In this document: positions 46,232-49,909 of the stretch, in pieces
How positions within the stretch are numbered: the first letter of the stretch is position 1
Layout: each line of letters opens with the position of its first letter
Assembly: GCA_016839785.1 (NCBI GenBank)
Contig: JAEOTQ010000166.1
Span: forward strand, 1-49,909
Reading direction: 5' to 3'
From: Candidatus Hodarchaeota archaeon
GTDB taxonomy: Archaea; Asgardarchaeota; Heimdallarchaeia; Hodarchaeales; Hodarchaeaceae
Length of the DNA stretch: 49,909 bases
Translations under genes and position numbers: made by a program
Notes under the pieces: model-generated
Database searches by the model: none
What the model saw: the letters and a program-made list of their open reading frames with translations, nothing else
What the model was told of the DNA's origin: nothing

Positions 46232-47146
46232 TTGCAGGAAGATAGAGGTATAAATTTGACTGAGAGAAATTCTCCTACTATTGAGAATACTAAAGTTCTT
46301 CAGGACATTTATGCAGCTCTAGGTCATGCTATACGTTTTGATATCGTTCAATATTTGGGGACTTTTCATCGACCAGTTCAGTATACCGAATTAGTGGAAT
46401 GGTTACAAATTAAACCAGGTTCCTTTTATTTCCATGTAAAAAAACTAAAAGCCCTAGTTAAACAAGATTCCGAGAAACGGTTCTTATTGACTCCTTTAGG
46501 GATAATTGCATTAGATATAATGAAATCTGGGGAGATTGTGCACTTAAAGTATCAATCTGAAGATGTATTTGATGAAACGGATGAAATTTTGCCAGATCGA
46601 TTCTCAATCAAACTCTTTGGAGAATTTGTCAGAAGAAAATCTTTTGATAGGAATTTCCAATTATTAGTTGGTATTGTGGTACTACTTCAAATTTTCATCC
46701 TTGATCTTGCAAACCTGGGAATGATTCCTTTCTTTTTTGATGGTGGTCTCTATATTGGTATTCTCGGTTGTATCCTTGAAATTATTAGTTCTACTCTTAT
46801 TATTTGGATTTTATTAGAATTTTTAATGAGGTATTATAGTCCAATCAAAGGATTTTCGTATGAATTGTTGACAGGGATTCCTATTGCTCTGGGTCCTCTT
46901 TTCGTGTATCCAACATTGGTATTCGTGTCAGAACATATTTTATCTGTACCGTTTCTTCCCGATATTCTAGCAAATACCCAAATATCGATCATCCTATTAT
47001 TTATACTTCAGGTATTTTCTGCAATATTCCTAGTACAACTTCTTCAAGTGATTAAATCCGTTAACTTTGAGCGTGCGCTGATTCCAGTTTTTATCGTTCT
47101 CTATGGATTTAGTATCCTCAGTTTCTTTGTTTCCAGCCTCTTCTAG
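46232..47146 (+). CDS. Membrane-tethered wHTH (ArsR-like) regulator with multi-pass C-terminal domain
   Basis: ALGHAIRFDIVQYL...YTEL...PGSFYFHVKKL...LTPLG followed by about five hydrophobic helices. Confidence 0.8.
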   Translation: MQEDRGINLTERNSPTIENTKVLQDIYAALGHAIRFDIVQYLGTFHRPVQYTELVEWLQIKPGSFYFHVKKLKALVKQDSEKRFLLTPLGIIALDIMKSGEIVHLKYQSEDVFDETDEILPDRFSIKLFGEFVRRKSFDRNFQLLVGIVVLLQIFILDLANLGMIPFFFDGGLYIGILGCILEIISSTLIIWILLEFLMRYYSPIKGFSYELLTGIPIALGPLFVYPTLVFVSEHILSVPFLPDILANTQISIILLFILQVFSAIFLVQLLQVIKSVNFERALIPVFIVLYGFSILSFFVSSLF

Positions 47147-47352
47147 TTTATAATATCTGGATTCAACTATTCATGAGAATTCCAATCCTAACATTGAAAT
47201 TTAAATAAATGCGGCAATCGATTTTGATTTTCAGATAACCGTAAGAAAAGCTTTGAATTGAGCTTATAGATGTTAATTGGCCTAAAAACGTTGATATTCT
47301 ACGAATTTTTTAATTAATTGCCTAAATAAGTTATCTCTGGCGTCTTCAACGA

Positions 47353-49293
47353 ATGTATAACGAGAATACTATAAGGGCCATTAGTCAAGATACAATTAGA
47401 ATAATCAAAATAACAATGGTGATAACTCACTTGAAAATACACAAATCAAAAAAAAGTTTGATAGCAGTGACTTCTGCTATTTTAATGCTTGGAATCGTAC
47501 TCATTCCAAGTACTGCGGTATCAAGCCAGTTAGCCAATACTCCTATTCCTGTATCTCGTCCAGATGGAACTTTGCAAGGATTATTGCATAGAAATATCCT
47601 TGGATTAATGCGAGGTATGGAAAGTGCTAACTTTACACCTGATAATGTATATTATGGGGTGTACAATAGTGAAGGTGGATATACATATACAAAGAAAGAT
47701 TCTGTTGAAAGAAATATTTCTCTAAATCTCGGTGCGATAAAATTCTTGCTAAATAATTCCATCCAGCGAATGCAATCTGACGTGTCCATTGATCCAACAT
47801 CTTTGGCATTCATGCAAATGCTTCTGAATCAGCTCAATAATCATACAGAGATTCAAATTTATAATAAAGTGACCTCAGATGCAGTGATAAATAGTTACCA
47901 CGATCGAAAAGCTGTTACAATCTTTTATGATAAAGATCGAAGTGTTTTAGATACTTTTGAGACCATCAGAGAAAATAGTACCGTAACCTCTCAACCTTTC
48001 ACTGGGGATGAAATCCTAACAAATGTGTTTATGTCACTTGTCCAGGATAAGGTTACTGGCTCCTACCAAATTATGAACCAATGGCAGTATGAAGATGGCT
48101 CTTCTGGAGAACTTCTCAGAAAATTCATAGAACAATTATCTTCCCGCAATTGGTTGAGCAAAGAGCTTCAATTTCTATTCAGGGTCCCCAATATTAACAT
48201 AATGAGTGCCCTTTCAGCTCCTTCACAATCACTTTCAGCAACACCAACTGAACCCAAGATCCTAGAAAGAGGTACGTTCGAGATCTCTCAGTTGAAAATT
48301 GATAAACTTGACCTTGCCCGTGTAGGTACTAATCTCATGGTTAAAGAGTATGATTATACCTACTTAGAGCATCATTTACTGGGTACATTAGTATATAATG
48401 ATACAAATGACAATGGTTACATGGATCTCGGAGTAAACACGATAGGTCCCGCAGACAATAGTATTGCCTATCCTACAATTGGAGATGAAGCTCTTTATAG
48501 ATTTGATATGAAAGATATTACCGACCGTTCATACAGTCGACCCACCACCACTGAAAATGTGTTAGAGTTTGGATCGAACTTCACTGATGTTTCAGGCTAC
48601 CTTCAACCCTTAGAGAGAGATCAAGATATTTCCTTGTTCAATGTTTCTACTGAAGAACTTCATACCATTGATGAAGTCTCGACACTATTTCATTTTGAGG
48701 TTGACAATGATTTAGGCAGAGTAGATCTCAAATTCGATTATATCATTGGTGAATGGAGTAATTCAGCTGATTTAAGCGGATTAAGTCTTAATCAACTCAT
48801 GGGAACCACAGTTTTTGATGCTCAAAAGCAGAAAACAATTCAGTGGAGAGATGAGAATAATGCAGATGTTGCTCCTAATAATGAGAATTCTACAAAAATT
48901 TCTCGTTTTAGATTCTCAGATACTACTGCAGAATTTGCTGAAATTCGATTAGACGATATTCAATATCTATGGAATCAAACGGAATGGGTTACCGCAGTAG
49001 GACAATTAATTCCCTTGAACCTGATTGATGTGGCATATGGTTCCATATCAAGTGAAGCTGATATGATTCGTAGTATGCGAGCGGATGCCTCACGGAAAAC
49101 CTATATCTATTCTATCTCCTACCCCAAATGGGAGGGTAAAGAAATTTTACACGACCCTGCTTACGCAGTCCTTGCGGGTACTGGAAGTGAAGATACTGAT
49201 GAGCCAACAGGTAGTATCCCAGGGTTTGAATTTCTAGCACTTTTTGTAGCAATACCCATTTTAGTTGTTGCATCACGTCGTCGTCGTTCTTAG
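47353..49293 (+). CDS. Surface glycoprotein with PGF-CTERM-type sorting signal (true start probably TTG 47431)
   Basis: Signal peptide, many sequons, DxNxNG-type Ca-binding loop (NDTNDNGYMD), C-terminal IPGFE-TM-RRRR. Confidence 0.85.
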   Translation: MYNENTIRAISQDTIRIIKITMVITHLKIHKSKKSLIAVTSAILMLGIVLIPSTAVSSQLANTPIPVSRPDGTLQGLLHRNILGLMRGMESANFTPDNVYYGVYNSEGGYTYTKKDSVERNISLNLGAIKFLLNNSIQRMQSDVSIDPTSLAFMQMLLNQLNNHTEIQIYNKVTSDAVINSYHDRKAVTIFYDKDRSVLDTFETIRENSTVTSQPFTGDEILTNVFMSLVQDKVTGSYQIMNQWQYEDGSSGELLRKFIEQLSSRNWLSKELQFLFRVPNINIMSALSAPSQSLSATPTEPKILERGTFEISQLKIDKLDLARVGTNLMVKEYDYTYLEHHLLGTLVYNDTNDNGYMDLGVNTIGPADNSIAYPTIGDEALYRFDMKDITDRSYSRPTTTENVLEFGSNFTDVSGYLQPLERDQDISLFNVSTEELHTIDEVSTLFHFEVDNDLGRVDLKFDYIIGEWSNSADLSGLSLNQLMGTTVFDAQKQKTIQWRDENNADVAPNNENSTKISRFRFSDTTAEFAEIRLDDIQYLWNQTEWVTAVGQLIPLNLIDVAYGSISSEADMIRSMRADASRKTYIYSISYPKWEGKEILHDPAYAVLAGTGSEDTDEPTGSIPGFEFLALFVAIPILVVASRRRRS

Positions 49294-49337
49294 ACCCATC
49301 TGGGTCTCCCTCTTCTTTTTTTTCAATTGAAATTATT

Positions 49338-49909
49338 TTACCCCTTGATATTTCCAATAGGAATTAATTGAGCGATTTTTCTAGATAAATCTGCACCATG
49401 GATAGAGTCAACTACATCATTGATATTTTTATACGCGAACCCCGCTTCTTCTGCTAGCCCAGCCATAGATGCTGCACGAACATAAATCCCTTTTGCTTCC
49501 ATTTGACTACGTAAGACGTTTCCTCTAATCTTTTTCTTCGCTTTAGATCGAGACATAGTTCTTCCAGAACCATGAGCAGTAGATCCGAAAGATTTTTTCA
49601 TAGCAGCTTCAGTTCCAGCAAGAAGATAAGAGCCAGTTTCCATACTTCCTCCTAAGATCACGGGTTGGCCAACAGATTGGTAAATACCAGGAATGTCCTT
49701 TGAATTAGGTCCAAACGATCTAGTAGCACCTTTTCGATGTACAATGACTTCTCGGGTTTTACCTTCAATCGTGTATTCCTCTTGTTTTGCAATATTGTGT
49801 GCAACATCATAGACAAGATTCATTTCCATCTCTTCGGCAGTTCTACCAAAGACTCTTTCAAACCCCTTTCTTACATGTGACATAATCACTTGGCGATTTG
49901 CAAATCCGA
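49338..49909 (-). CDS. rtcB: Canonical RNA-splicing ligase RtcB, 3' portion (truncated by the window edge)
   Basis: ANRQ, YDVAHNIAK, HRKGATR, GGSMETGS, STAHGSGR, EEAGFAYK, PIGNIKG. Confidence 0.96.
   Translation of the reverse strand, partial: GFANRQVIMSHVRKGFERVFGRTAEEMEMNLVYDVAHNIAKQEEYTIEGKTREVIVHRKGATRSFGPNSKDIPGIYQSVGQPVILGGSMETGSYLLAGTEAAMKKSFGSTAHGSGRTMSRSKAKKKIRGNVLRSQMEAKGIYVRAASMAGLAEEAGFAYKNINDVVDSIHGADLSRKIAQLIPIGNIKG

Noticed and set aside
1-49909. tRNA, rRNA, CRISPR array, integrase or transposase
   Set aside because: None recognised by eye; intergenic regions are short and AT-rich. tRNAscan-SE and Infernal would be needed to exclude small RNAs formally

Overview
A gene-dense, AT-rich archaeal chromosome segment. 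The HMf-type histone, Alba, CarS, PCNA-RFCS-RFCL, two Rab-like small GTPases, large TPR proteins and a PGF-CTERM-type surface protein point to an Asgard archaeon, plausibly Heimdallarchaeia (inference). Most genes are housekeeping or metabolic: gpmA, ggt, pncB/pncA, an M20 peptidase, crotonase, acdA, iorAB, a galK-like kinase, pepQ, phoU, nfu, a sensor kinase and the 3' part of a canonical rtcB. I recognised no rRNA, tRNA, CRISPR array or transposase. The five most interesting items are: (1) a highly divergent second RtcB-fold protein (7911-9125) that keeps most metal ligands and the guanylylated His but has lost basic RNA-contacting residues; (2) a divergent gene pair in which an ArsR regulator and a YhbE/YhbF-type bactofilin-like protein both carry a SHOCT-like motif; (3) a helical-repeat protein whose repeats resemble the proteasome Rpn2/Rpn1 PC repeats; (4) an atypical Rab-like GTPase flanked by two small proteins with amphipathic N-termini, next to a tandem V4R/Bet3-like protein; (5) two paralogous surface glycoproteins flanking a membrane-tethered wHTH regulator. 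Two gene relics lie outside the ORF track: a DUF438-like hemerythrin/PAS pseudogene and a collapsed S9 peptidase. All family calls come from motif recognition by eye; no searches were run.
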